Below are positions 38,527 through 47,903 of a DNA stretch of 58,559 nucleotides, piece after piece. This stretch comes from Anaerolineae bacterium (GTDB lineage Bacteria; Chloroflexota; Anaerolineae; B4-G1; DUEL01), in NCBI GenBank assembly GCA_041082215.1, contig JBDOIF010000149.1, forward strand, positions 1-58,559, in the 5' to 3' direction. A program made the position numbers and the translations under genes. The notes below the pieces were generated by a model. The model did no database searches. It saw nothing but the letters and a program-made list of their open reading frames with translations, and had not been told where the DNA came from. Position 1 is the stretch's first letter; each line of letters begins with the position of its first letter.

Positions 38527-40892
38527 ACCCCTTCTCCGCGTCCCTGCGTCTCCGCGCTCTCGCGTTCCCTCAGTGCCCGCAGGACCTTCTCCGGCGTGAT
38601 GGGCAACTCGTAGAAGCGGACGCCGATGGCGTTGGTGATGGCGTTAGCATAGGCTGCGGCCACCGGGTTGGAGGCTGCCTCGCCGATCCCCTTGGCGCCG
38701 AGGGGGCCGGTGGGTTCGTAGGTGTGGGCAAAATGGGTCACCAGGTTCTCCAGCAGAGGGCTTTCGCTGACCCCCGGAATCTTCACATCCACCATATACC
38801 CCCGGGAGAGAGCGTGCCCGCTGGAGTCCCACCGGTTGTCCTCGTAGAGCGCGAACCCGGCGCCCATATGGAGCCCCCCCTCCAGTTGACCTGCCGCCAG
38901 GTCCGGACTGATCACCGTCCCGCAGTCGCTCCCCATCACTGCCCGCACCGTGCGCACCTGACCGGTCCAGGTATCCACCTCCACCTCGACGAAGACAGTC
39001 ACATAGGCCGGAGGGCAGTTGGTGGGTCGGTAGCTCTCGACGGCGGCGATGGTCTTCCAGCTCTCGGTCCAGCAGCGGGTGGCAAGCTCGGCGATGGTCA
39101 TCTGCCGGTCGGGGATGGCGGGGGCGTAGATCACCCCCTGACCCCGCTCCTCGTCCAGCCGCAGGTCGAGGGCATCCGGCATCACGTTCAGGTAGCGAGC
39201 CGCCGTCTCCAGCAGCTCCTGACGCACTTTCTGGGCAGCCCTGAGGGCGGCCCCACCTCCGGCATAGACCCCCCGGGTGGCGTGGGTAACGCAATCGTAG
39301 ACGGTGGTGGCCGTCCCTGCGGGTACCACGTTGACCTTGTCCAGCGGCACACAGAGGGCTTCGGCGACCAGCTTGGCGATCGCCTCCAGCGTGCCGCCGC
39401 CGTGGTCCATCACCGCCGTCACCACGTCAACGGAGCCGTCCTTGTTCACTTTAACCATGCCGCCGGAAAAGTCAATCACGTCGCCTGGCTGGGGCGCACC
39501 GGCGCTGGAGGTGTGGAAGCCGCGGGCCATCCCGATCCCACGACGGTATCGGCCGGTCTGAGAGCCGGACTTGAGCCGGCGCTCCCAGCCGATGGCCTCC
39601 TTCCCCCGCTCCAGAAGCTCCGGCACCCCGTCACTGCGGACGATGGAGCGGACCAGCGGACCCTGGCCCCAGAAGGTGTCCCCCAGTCCAACGTAGTTCT
39701 TCAGCCGCAGTTCCACCGGATCCGCCCCCAGCCTCTCCGCCAGCTCGTCCATCAGCGACTCGACGGCGAAGGTGACCTGCGGGTTGCCGAAGCCGCGCAT
39801 TGCGCAGGAGGGGGTCTTGTTGGTGTAGACAGCGATCCCCCTGTAGCGGACGTTAGGAAGCCGGTACATTGAGACCAGCCAGCCGACGCAGACGCCCAGG
39901 AAAGAGTAGGGCTGGATATTGTGAGCGCCGACGTCGGTGATCAGCTCCATTTCGGCTCCCAGGAGCGTCCCATCCCGCCGGGCTGCCAGCCTGAGATGGA
40001 TCTGGGTGGGGTACTTGGTGTGCTCGTAGAAGTCCTCCTCGCGGGTGAGGCTCAGCTTCACCGGACGGCCGGCCTTGAGTGCCAGCGCGGCGCAGATGGG
40101 GATGGGGGTGTTCATCTGGATGCTGGAGCCGAAGGTCCCGCCCACGGGCATACGGACCACGTTGATCTTGCTCAGCGGGATGTTGAAAATCTCACCCAGC
40201 AGGATGCGGACGTTGTGGATGGACTGGGTCGTGGCCCAGACGGTGAGGCCGCCGTCCGGTTCGGGGCGACAGACGGCGGTCTTGGGCTCCAACTGCATAT
40301 GGTAGATCTTCGGTGTGCGGAAGGTCCCTTCGACAATCACATCAGCCTCGGCGAAGGCCTGGTCCACATCCCCCTCTTCGACCTGGCGGGAGCAGGCGAT
40401 GTTGTTTTCGATCTCGATCTCCCTATCTCCCCAGAGCACCCTGTCGTGGATGGGGACGGCCCCCGGCTTCATCGCCTCCAGCGGGTCAACGAGGACCGGC
40501 AACGGTTCATACTCCACCCTGATCGCCCGCGCCGCCTGCTCGGCCAGGAATTCTGTCTCTGCCGCCACCGCTGCTACCGGCTCTCCCAGCCGGCGGACCT
40601 TGTCGGCCAGGACGGTGGTGTCTTTGTGCAGGACGGGCGGGGTGGTGATGATACGCTGGTTGAAGCGGATGTGGGGTACGTCGTCCCACGTGATCACCAC
40701 GGCCCCCATCGCTTTCGCCTCGCTGGCGTCCACGCGCTTGACCCGGGCGTGGGCATAGGGGCTGGCGACGATCCGCCCATACAGCATCCGGGGCAGGACG
40801 ACATCAGACGAATAGACCTCCCGCCCCGTCACCCGTGCCACCCCATCCTTGCGCGGCGTCACCTTACCCAGAATCCTGAACGCCCTCTCCAT
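38523..40892 (-). CDS. Xanthine dehydrogenase-family molybdopterin-binding subunit (B)
   Basis: GGTFGSS (variant of GGGFGGK), AMRGFGNPQ, GQLEGG and GAKGIGEA. Confidence 0.92.
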   Translation of the reverse strand: MERAFRILGKVTPRKDGVARVTGREVYSSDVVLPRMLYGRIVASPYAHARVKRVDASEAKAMGAVVITWDDVPHIRFNQRIITTPPVLHKDTTVLADKVRRLGEPVAAVAAETEFLAEQAARAIRVEYEPLPVLVDPLEAMKPGAVPIHDRVLWGDREIEIENNIACSRQVEEGDVDQAFAEADVIVEGTFRTPKIYHMQLEPKTAVCRPEPDGGLTVWATTQSIHNVRILLGEIFNIPLSKINVVRMPVGGTFGSSIQMNTPIPICAALALKAGRPVKLSLTREEDFYEHTKYPTQIHLRLAARRDGTLLGAEMELITDVGAHNIQPYSFLGVCVGWLVSMYRLPNVRYRGIAVYTNKTPSCAMRGFGNPQVTFAVESLMDELAERLGADPVELRLKNYVGLGDTFWGQGPLVRSIVRSDGVPELLERGKEAIGWERRLKSGSQTGRYRRGIGMARGFHTSSAGAPQPGDVIDFSGGMVKVNKDGSVDVVTAVMDHGGGTLEAIAKLVAEALCVPLDKVNVVPAGTATTVYDCVTHATRGVYAGGGAALRAAQKVRQELLETAARYLNVMPDALDLRLDEERGQGVIYAPAIPDRQMTIAELATRCWTESWKTIAAVESYRPTNCPPAYVTVFVEVEVDTWTGQVRTVRAVMGSDCGTVISPDLAAGQLEGGLHMGAGFALYEDNRWDSSGHALSRGYMVDVKIPGVSESPLLENLVTHFAHTYEPTGPLGAKGIGEAASNPVAAAYANAITNAIGVRFYELPITPEKVLRALRERESAETQGRGEGV

Positions 40893-40903
40893 AGATTACC
40901 TCC

Positions 40904-40990
40904 CCCCAGTCACCCAGTCACCCAATCACCCAGTCGCCCAATTACCCAATCACCTGGTCACCCACTGGTTACTTGGTCACTGGGTTACTC
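40904..40990. repeat. Octamer tandem repeat (CCCARTCA-like) followed by inverted copies
   Basis: cccagtca cccagtca cccaatca cccagtcg cccaatta cccaatca cctggtca, then tggttact tggtcact gggttact. The same unit recurs at 41947-41973. Confidence 0.85.
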
Positions 40991-41909
40991 CCATCACCAA
41001 CGCGATCAACGCCATCCGCACATAGACACCGTTGCGGGCCTGGCGGAAGTAGGCGGCGTTGGAAAGCCCGTCCACATCCGGCGCGATCTCGTCCACCCGG
41101 GGGAGGGGATGCATCACCGTCACGTCAGGGTTGACCCGCTCGATCATCTCCCGGGTGAGGATATAACTCCCCTTGAGCCGCTCGTACTCAGCGGGGTCGG
41201 CGAAGCGCTCCTTCTGGATGCGGGTCATATAGAGGACATCGGCCTCCGCCAGCGCTGCCTCCAGGTCCGTCGTCTCCTCCACCCGCACCCCTTCAGACCG
41301 CAGCGCGGCGACCATCTCGGCGGGCATCCGCAGCGGCTCGGGGCTGACCAGGATGAGGCGGCAGTTGTAGTGGCGGTACAACTGGACCCCGGAGTGGACA
41401 GTGCGGCCGTACTTCAGGTCGCCGCAGAGGACGATGGTCAGGCCATCCACCCTGCCTCGCTCGGAGCGGATCGTGTAGAGGTCCAGCAGCGCCTGGGTGG
41501 GGTGCTGTCCGGCCCCGTCGCCGCCGTTGATGACGGGATGCCCGGCCACATCCGCCGCCACCTGCGCCGAGCCGATCTGGGGGTGGCGGATGACGATGAG
41601 ATCGGCGTACTGGTCCACCGTGCGGACCGTATCGGCCAGCGTCTCCCCCTTTGCCACGGAGGTGGACTCCGCCGAAGAGAAGCCGACGACGCTCCCGCCC
41701 AGCCGGTGCATGGCAGTTTCGAAGGAAAGGCGGGTTCGGGTGCTGGGTTCGAAGAAGAGCGTTGCCATCACGAACCCCCTCATCAGATCCAGCGACTGCA
41801 CCCTCTCCAGCCGCCCGCGGAACTCCTCGGCCACATCCATCACATATTCCATCTCCTCACGGGTAAACTGTGCCCCGTTGAGGATATCCTTGCCCTTCAA
41901 GCTGACCAT
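40977..41909 (-). CDS. pyrB: Aspartate carbamoyltransferase catalytic subunit
   Basis: FFEPSTRT, SVAKGE, IRHP, HPTQALLD, GDLKYGRTVHS, TRIQKER and HPLP; both carbamoyl-phosphate and aspartate-binding residues are present. Confidence 0.92.
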   Translation of the reverse strand: MVSLKGKDILNGAQFTREEMEYVMDVAEEFRGRLERVQSLDLMRGFVMATLFFEPSTRTRLSFETAMHRLGGSVVGFSSAESTSVAKGETLADTVRTVDQYADLIVIRHPQIGSAQVAADVAGHPVINGGDGAGQHPTQALLDLYTIRSERGRVDGLTIVLCGDLKYGRTVHSGVQLYRHYNCRLILVSPEPLRMPAEMVAALRSEGVRVEETTDLEAALAEADVLYMTRIQKERFADPAEYERLKGSYILTREMIERVNPDVTVMHPLPRVDEIAPDVDGLSNAAYFRQARNGVYVRMALIALVMGVTQ

Positions 41910-41965
41910 AAGAGGAACCTCCTTGAAAATGCAAGAGGCAAGATACAAGTCGCCCAGTCACCCAG

Positions 41966-43060
41966 TCACCCAGCAACCCTCTGCGCAACCGACGCCAGGC
42001 GTGCCACACCCTCGCGGATCTCCTCCGGCGTGAGGGAGCAGAAGGGGATGCGGACGAAGCCGTCTCCGCCGCTGTTGGCAAAGAAGCAGCGGCCATCGGT
42101 CAGCCGCAGGCCGGCTTCCTGTGCCCGCCGGAGCAGCTCCTCCGCCCGCCCCGCGCCGTTCAGGTACACCCCCACAAAGAAGCCCCCATCAGGCCGGTGC
42201 CAGGACGCCTTCCCGCTCAGGTATTCCTCCAGCGCCTTCAGCGTCGCTTCCAGCCGGGGGCGGTAGAGGGATTTCAGGTACTCCAGTTGCGGTTCCAGCC
42301 ACCCCCGCCGGATGAACTCGTACACAATGGCCTGGTTGAGGTAACTGGTATTGATGTAGGAATCTTCCGCCGCCATCACCAGGTCCTCCACCAGGACCTC
42401 CGGTGCGACAGCATAGCCAACGCGCAGCCCCGGGCTGATCAGTTTGCTATAGGAGAAAATCTGGATCACCCGGTCAGGGGCCAGGTCGAAGAGCGTGGGC
42501 AATTCCTCCCCCCGGTAGCGAAGGTGGCGGTAGGGGACATCCTCCACGATCCAGAAGCCATACTTCTGCGCCAGGCGGACGAGCTGTTCCCGCTTGGGTA
42601 GCGAAAGGACCGTCCCGGTGGGGTTCTGGAAGTCGGGGATCAGGTAGAAGAAGACGGGCCGTTCCCCCTGCTTCAACCGGTCCTCCACCGCCTCCACATC
42701 CACGCCGTCGTCGGCGACGGGGAACCCCACCACACAGGCCCCCGCCCGCCGTAACAGGGCCAGGGTCCGGTCATACGTCGGCTCCTCCACATAGACCGGG
42801 TCCCCTGGCTTCAGAAGCGTCCGCGCACAGAGGTCCTGCAGGTTAAGGGACCCCTGTCCAACGATGATCCGCCCGGCGTCGGTGTTGACCTCACAGGCGA
42901 GCATTTCCCTTAATGGGGGATAGCCACTGGCTTTGCCATACTGGAGGACCACAGCGCCGTCCTCTGCCAGCGCAACGTCGGCACAGGCCCGCAGCCGGTC
43001 CACAGGAAAGGCCTCCACCGGAGGTACGCCACGGGTCAGTTGGATCCATTCTCGCGTCAT
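41966..43060 (-). CDS. Class I/II PLP-dependent aminotransferase (LysN/ARO8-like)
   Basis: EEPTY, IPDFQNPTG, VEDVPY and SYSKLISPGLRVGY. Confidence 0.88.
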   Translation of the reverse strand: MTREWIQLTRGVPPVEAFPVDRLRACADVALAEDGAVVLQYGKASGYPPLREMLACEVNTDAGRIIVGQGSLNLQDLCARTLLKPGDPVYVEEPTYDRTLALLRRAGACVVGFPVADDGVDVEAVEDRLKQGERPVFFYLIPDFQNPTGTVLSLPKREQLVRLAQKYGFWIVEDVPYRHLRYRGEELPTLFDLAPDRVIQIFSYSKLISPGLRVGYAVAPEVLVEDLVMAAEDSYINTSYLNQAIVYEFIRRGWLEPQLEYLKSLYRPRLEATLKALEEYLSGKASWHRPDGGFFVGVYLNGAGRAEELLRRAQEAGLRLTDGRCFFANSGGDGFVRIPFCSLTPEEIREGVARLASVAQRVAG

Positions 43061-43070
43061 TCCCTCTTCC

Positions 43071-43781
43071 TCACAGGCCCAGGTAGTGTTTCTTGATATG
43101 CTCGTTGCCAGTCAGTTCGCTGCCCGTTCCCTCCATCACGATCCGTCCGTTCTCCAGGACGTAGGCTCGATCAGCCAGTTTGAGGCCGTAGTGGACATTT
43201 TGTTCGACCAGCAACACCGTGAGACCCCGTTCTCGAAGCAGGTGCAGCCTCTCGTAGATCGCATCCACCAGTTTCGGCGCCAGGCCCAGGGAAGGCTCAT
43301 CAAGCATCAGGAACTTTGGGCAGGAGGCCAGGCCGCGGCCGATGGCTAACATCTGCTTCTCACCACCGCTAAGGGTCCGGGCCAACTGGTCACGCCGCTC
43401 GGCCAGGATAGGGAACATCTCATAGACCTCGTCGAGGATCCCCAAACGCAGGCCTTTCCGGTTGCCATAGGCGCCCATCAACAGGTTTTCGTGGACGCTC
43501 ATATTGGGGAATAGACGGCCACCTTCAGGCACATGGGCAACGCCCGCCCGGGTCACACGATGGGAGGGCCAGCCCTCGATGTTATGACCCTCCAGGACGA
43601 TCTCGCCGGAGGTCGGCCGGATCAGCCCGGAGATGGTCTTGAGGAGGGTGGTCTTCCCCGCACCGTTGGGGCCGATGATCGCCACCACCTCCCCATTCCC
43701 GACATGGAAAGTGACGTCCCGCAGGACCGGGACCTTTCCGTAGCCAGCGCAGAGTCCCTTAACCTGCAGCAGGTCGCTCAT
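43071..43781 (-). CDS. Liv-type ABC transporter ATPase (LivF-like)
   Basis: GPNGAGKTT, LSGGEKQ, LDEPSLGLAP and LVEQN. Confidence 0.92.
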   Translation of the reverse strand: MSDLLQVKGLCAGYGKVPVLRDVTFHVGNGEVVAIIGPNGAGKTTLLKTISGLIRPTSGEIVLEGHNIEGWPSHRVTRAGVAHVPEGGRLFPNMSVHENLLMGAYGNRKGLRLGILDEVYEMFPILAERRDQLARTLSGGEKQMLAIGRGLASCPKFLMLDEPSLGLAPKLVDAIYERLHLLRERGLTVLLVEQNVHYGLKLADRAYVLENGRIVMEGTGSELTGNEHIKKHYLGL

Positions 43782-44509
43782 CGCACAGCCCCTTCTCCCA
43801 GGTAGGCTTCGATCACCCGAGGATCGTTGCCGACCTCTTCAGGGGTTCCCTCAGCAATGAGGGAGCCGGCATCGAGGACGAATATCCGCTCGCAAAGCCC
43901 CATCACCATCTGCATAACATGCTCGACCACGCAGAGGGTAACCCCCTGTTCTTCATTCAGCCGCCGCAGGATACCCATCAGTTCGGACAGCTCGGTCGCT
44001 GTTAACCCCGCTCCGGCCTCGTCCAGTAGCAGGAGATCTGGCTCTGTAGCCATCGCCCGGGCCAGTTCAACCCGTCGAAGGGAAGCCAGGCCCAGGTCAC
44101 TGCACTTCTGATGCCGAATCTCATCCAGACGGCAGAAGGCGAGGACCTGTTCCACCTTTTCCATCACGTCGCCCTCCCCGTGCCGATTATACGCTCCGAC
44201 CCGCACAGTCTCTTCTACAGTCATCCCGGTGAAGGCCCTCGTTACCTGGAAGGTACGAGACATGCCCATCTTGCAGATCGTATGCGGCGGAGCACCCGTG
44301 ATATCGGTCCCTTTAAAAACCACGCGCCCTGCGTCGGGCATATGCAGCCCGGTGATCGAGTTAAAGAGAGTTGTCTTCCCCGCGCCGTTGGGACCGATCA
44401 GGCCGACGATCTTTCCCTCAGCGATTTCCAGGCTGACGTTATGGACCGCGACGAGGTTCCCGAAACGCTTGGTCAGATTATACACCTGTAGAATCGGCTT
44501 TGACGACAT
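43778..44509 (-). CDS. Liv-type ABC transporter ATPase (LivG-like)
   Basis: GPNGAGKTT, RTFQ, LLDEAGAG, VEHVM and VIEAYLG. Confidence 0.92.
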   Translation of the reverse strand: MSSKPILQVYNLTKRFGNLVAVHNVSLEIAEGKIVGLIGPNGAGKTTLFNSITGLHMPDAGRVVFKGTDITGAPPHTICKMGMSRTFQVTRAFTGMTVEETVRVGAYNRHGEGDVMEKVEQVLAFCRLDEIRHQKCSDLGLASLRRVELARAMATEPDLLLLDEAGAGLTATELSELMGILRRLNEEQGVTLCVVEHVMQMVMGLCERIFVLDAGSLIAEGTPEEVGNDPRVIEAYLGEGAVR

Positions 44510-45500
44510 GATCGCTCCTCGTCACCTTCGAGATCACCCAATGGTAACCATCCTGCAAGAAAGTCGCGATCCCCTGAGGACGGAAGAGGGCGATGACGAT
44601 GAGGACGACGGCATAGATAGCCAGGTACAGGCTCTCCAAATGACCACCCAGGTTGGCTCGCAGGAACTCCCGCATCGAAACGAGAAAGATGGCCGCGACC
44701 AGCGGGCCGTAGGTGATCCCCATCCCGCCGACGATGCCCAGGATCGCCACCTCTGTACTTGCCGGGCTGCTGAAAAAGTTGGGGTGGATAAAGCCATACA
44801 TGCAGGAATAGATCGCCCCCACCACGCCAACGATGAAGGCGTAGATCATCAGCGCTTTCAGTTTACACGTGCGAGCGTCAACGCCGAGAACTTCCGCAGC
44901 ATCCTCGTCCTCCCCCAGCGCCCGGAGATAAAACCCCAGTCGGGTCCGGCTCAGGTGGCGATTGACGAGCACCGCGACAACGAGAAAAGCGAGCAAGATG
45001 TAGTAGTAAGGCAGGTAGGTGCCGAAGCGCAGATGATAGAGGGAGAAATCGTAGTAGGGAAGGTACCGCTCCACCGGCCCTCCCACTTCCTCCCACATCA
45101 CGAATGCCACCTTAAGCACTTCGACAAGGGCCGCCGAGGTCAGTGCGTACCAGACCTCGCGTACCCGGAACCGGAAGAGGGGGAACCCAACCAGGACAGC
45201 GAAACCGGTTGCCACCAGCCCGCCGAGGATCATCCCCAGCCACGGCGAGATGTTCCACCGGATGAGGAGTGTACCCGAGGTAAAAGCGCCAAGTCCCAGA
45301 TAGGCAAAGGCAGCCAGGTCCAGTTGCCCCGCCATCCCTCCGATAATGTTCCAGGCAGTAGCAAGGACAGCGTAGAGCAGGACCGTGGTCACAAGCACCA
45401 GATTGTACTGATTCGAGCCGATGAGGAGGGGAACGGCGAGGGCGACCGTCAGGGCCACACCCAACAGCGCGCGGTTTATGGCTTTCCACCTGTTGCTCAC
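44478..45500 (-). CDS. Liv-type ABC permease (LivM-like)
   Basis: GTG at 45500 overlaps the upstream stop; WNIIGGMAGQ, GEDEDAAEVLGV and IVGGMG. Confidence 0.88.
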   Translation of the reverse strand: MSNRWKAINRALLGVALTVALAVPLLIGSNQYNLVLVTTVLLYAVLATAWNIIGGMAGQLDLAAFAYLGLGAFTSGTLLIRWNISPWLGMILGGLVATGFAVLVGFPLFRFRVREVWYALTSAALVEVLKVAFVMWEEVGGPVERYLPYYDFSLYHLRFGTYLPYYYILLAFLVVAVLVNRHLSRTRLGFYLRALGEDEDAAEVLGVDARTCKLKALMIYAFIVGVVGAIYSCMYGFIHPNFFSSPASTEVAILGIVGGMGITYGPLVAAIFLVSMREFLRANLGGHLESLYLAIYAVVLIVIALFRPQGIATFLQDGYHWVISKVTRSDHVVKADSTGV

Positions 45501-46360
45501 TATTTCCTCCCGAAAAGCCCGCGGGGCCGGATCCACAGAGCCAGGATGAAGATAAGGTAGACCACGAGGGACCGCGCCCGGGGATCCCAGAGAGTCATTG
45601 AGATGGACTCCGCCGCACCGACAATAAGGCCAGAAATGAGGAGCCCGGGGATGGACCCCAGACCCGCCAGGGCCAGCACACACCAGCTCAACAGCCCGAA
45701 GCGGAGGCCCATGGTTGGATCCACCTGCTGAAAGGTCATCAACAAACCACCGGCGATGGCCGTCAGAGCCGAGCCCAGGCCAAACGCCAGTGCATAGATC
45801 GAGCGGTAACTCACACCCATCAGTGAAGCTGCGTCCAGATCATCAGACGCAGCGCGGATAGCCCGCCCCGGCCATGTCTTGCTGAGAAAGAGGGAGACCC
45901 CTCCGATAACAACGATACTGACCGCAGCCGAGATCAGTCGGGAGAACATGAAGTTATACGCGCCGATGTGGAAACTCCCCTGGATAACAGAATACGGCAG
46001 GGCCCGCGGCTGCGCCTTCCAGACCAACTGGGCAATAGCTCGCAATAACGTCATCAATCCCACCGTCACCGCGATCTGCGTCACATACTTCTGGCGGAGT
46101 GTACCGTCAATGAGGAGGTAGTAGGCCGCGATGCCGAAGATAAAAAGGAGCGGCAGGGTAATGGCAGGCGTAAAGACAGCATCTACCCCCCAGGTCGAGC
46201 CGATGAGGAAGGAGAAATACATCGAGAGCATGACGAAGTCACCATGAGCGAAGTTGACGACGTTCATTACGCCGAAGATGAGGGACAGTCCCAGCGTGAT
46301 GAGGGCATAGACACACCCCATCAACGCTCCATTGAGGATGCTCTGCACGACAATATCCAC
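45500..46360 (-). CDS. Liv-type ABC permease (LivH-like)
   Basis: GLSLIFGVMNVVNFAHG, GRAIRA and RPRGLFG. Confidence 0.9.
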   Translation of the reverse strand: MDIVVQSILNGALMGCVYALITLGLSLIFGVMNVVNFAHGDFVMLSMYFSFLIGSTWGVDAVFTPAITLPLLFIFGIAAYYLLIDGTLRQKYVTQIAVTVGLMTLLRAIAQLVWKAQPRALPYSVIQGSFHIGAYNFMFSRLISAAVSIVVIGGVSLFLSKTWPGRAIRAASDDLDAASLMGVSYRSIYALAFGLGSALTAIAGGLLMTFQQVDPTMGLRFGLLSWCVLALAGLGSIPGLLISGLIVGAAESISMTLWDPRARSLVVYLIFILALWIRPRGLFGRK

Positions 46361-46496
46361 CGTTCCTCCCTGACCATACCGGGTTGTGGGGGTCTGCCCG
46401 GCCGCCAGCGGGTCCGGTATCCCACCAGGCGGCCGAGCAGACGGGATTGCCGGATATACCGAGTCGCCTCTGGTTCACCAACTGACGATAGGGGCA

Positions 46497-47771
46497 CTAG
46501 TACTTCGCGTCGGGCCGCGGGAAAACAAACTCCGCTTCCGCAGCGGCGAACGGCCAGACCACCTTCGGCTCACCATTGATCACCTGCATAATGGTGGCGA
46601 CAGCGTAGGGGTTGTCCCCTGTCCCGGTGAAGGTGATCCGATCCCCAGGGTAGGTCTCAACAGCCGGGCCGGAGGTCAGGTCCAGATGCAGGAAAGCATC
46701 CCGCAAGTTGTCCGGGTTTAGCGGATCATCGGGGTGCAACTGACCGGACAGTTCAAGGGCCTCCTTCAACACCCACATCGCGTAATAGTTCATCCCCGCA
46801 GCCTCGGTGGGGATATGGCCGGTCTCAGCGATGAAGTCCTCGACAAACCGGCGGTTCTGGGGCGTATCCTTGGCCGGGTTATAGCTATAGGTATTGCTGT
46901 AGTACTCGGCTGTTTCGCCCAGCGCTTCGATGGACTCCGGATCGGTATAGCCACAAGCGCCCATACCAGAGATAAACTTGGGGATCTCGCCCGTCTCGCG
47001 GAAAGTGTTGGCAAAGAGAATCGCGTCCATGAAATACGGGCAGTGGATCACGGCATCGGGTCGCGCGGCTGCGATCTCGTTGACGATCGAGGAGACATCG
47101 GCAATGTCGAAGGGGTACTCCTTCTGATAGACGATGGTCAGCCCGTTGTCCAGTGCCGCCTGCATCGCGCCTGTGGCGTTGCTGCGCCCAAAGGACGAGT
47201 CCTCGTTCAGAATGGCGATCCGCTCGATCGAGACGCCCGTCTGCTGGGCTGCTTCAACGACGAACTGGACAGCCGAAGCGCCGTGCTGGCTGGCCTTAGG
47301 AGCGGGGCGGAACAGATAACGGCGGCCCATCTGCGTCACGCTATCCACCAGCGCATCAGCGATCAGGATGACCTTCTCGCGCTCAGTGACCTCGGAGGCA
47401 GCGACCGTAAGGCGGCTGATATAGAGGCCGAGGATAGCCACCGGGTGGTGCTTGCTGATAATGCTCTCGGCACCCAGGCGTGCGCTGTCCGCTGTCTCCC
47501 CGGCATCCTCCACCACCAGCTCCAGCGGAATGCCGCCCAGGGACTGAATGCCGCCTGCCTCATTGATGTGACGGATAGCGATCTCCATGCCGATCCTGGC
47601 CTCGGTGCCGAAGACCGCGTGCGCGCCGGTCAGCGGCTCCAGACAACCGACGACGATCTTGTCGGGTAACTCGGCTTTGCCGCCCTCCGGGGCCGCCGGG
47701 CCGCAGCCGCCCAGCACAAGGGCCAGGAGGACTATCGTTACCAGTGAAAAGCGAAAGAGTTTGGCAGACAT
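46497..47771 (-). CDS. Liv-type ABC substrate-binding lipoprotein
   Basis: Lipobox VLGGC; PLTGAHAVFG...INEAGGI. SD GGAGG before ATG 47771. Confidence 0.9.
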   Translation of the reverse strand: MSAKLFRFSLVTIVLLALVLGGCGPAAPEGGKAELPDKIVVGCLEPLTGAHAVFGTEARIGMEIAIRHINEAGGIQSLGGIPLELVVEDAGETADSARLGAESIISKHHPVAILGLYISRLTVAASEVTEREKVILIADALVDSVTQMGRRYLFRPAPKASQHGASAVQFVVEAAQQTGVSIERIAILNEDSSFGRSNATGAMQAALDNGLTIVYQKEYPFDIADVSSIVNEIAAARPDAVIHCPYFMDAILFANTFRETGEIPKFISGMGACGYTDPESIEALGETAEYYSNTYSYNPAKDTPQNRRFVEDFIAETGHIPTEAAGMNYYAMWVLKEALELSGQLHPDDPLNPDNLRDAFLHLDLTSGPAVETYPGDRITFTGTGDNPYAVATIMQVINGEPKVVWPFAAAEAEFVFPRPDAKY

Positions 47772-47903
47772 GGGTCCTCTCCTCCCAAAAGGGGAAACTG
47801 TGGAAATACTATCTGAACCCAATTAAGGCAATCTTTCTTCCAAAACTATACCGGTCCACCTCCTTTCAACGCCAGCAAGCCTTAGACCCCGCCGCCGACA
47901 GGA

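Noticed and set aside
33352..40892. Selenocysteine read-through or split Mo subunits as in Se-dependent hydroxylases
   Set aside because: All subunits are full-length ORFs without in-frame TGA; no selenium-utilisation genes in the window.
40904..40990. Possible CRISPR array
   Set aside because: Units are 8 nt and contiguous with no spacers; no cas genes in the window.
39921..42266. 781-aa + strand ORF
   Set aside because: Antisense shadow across Mo subunit B, pyrB and the aminotransferase.
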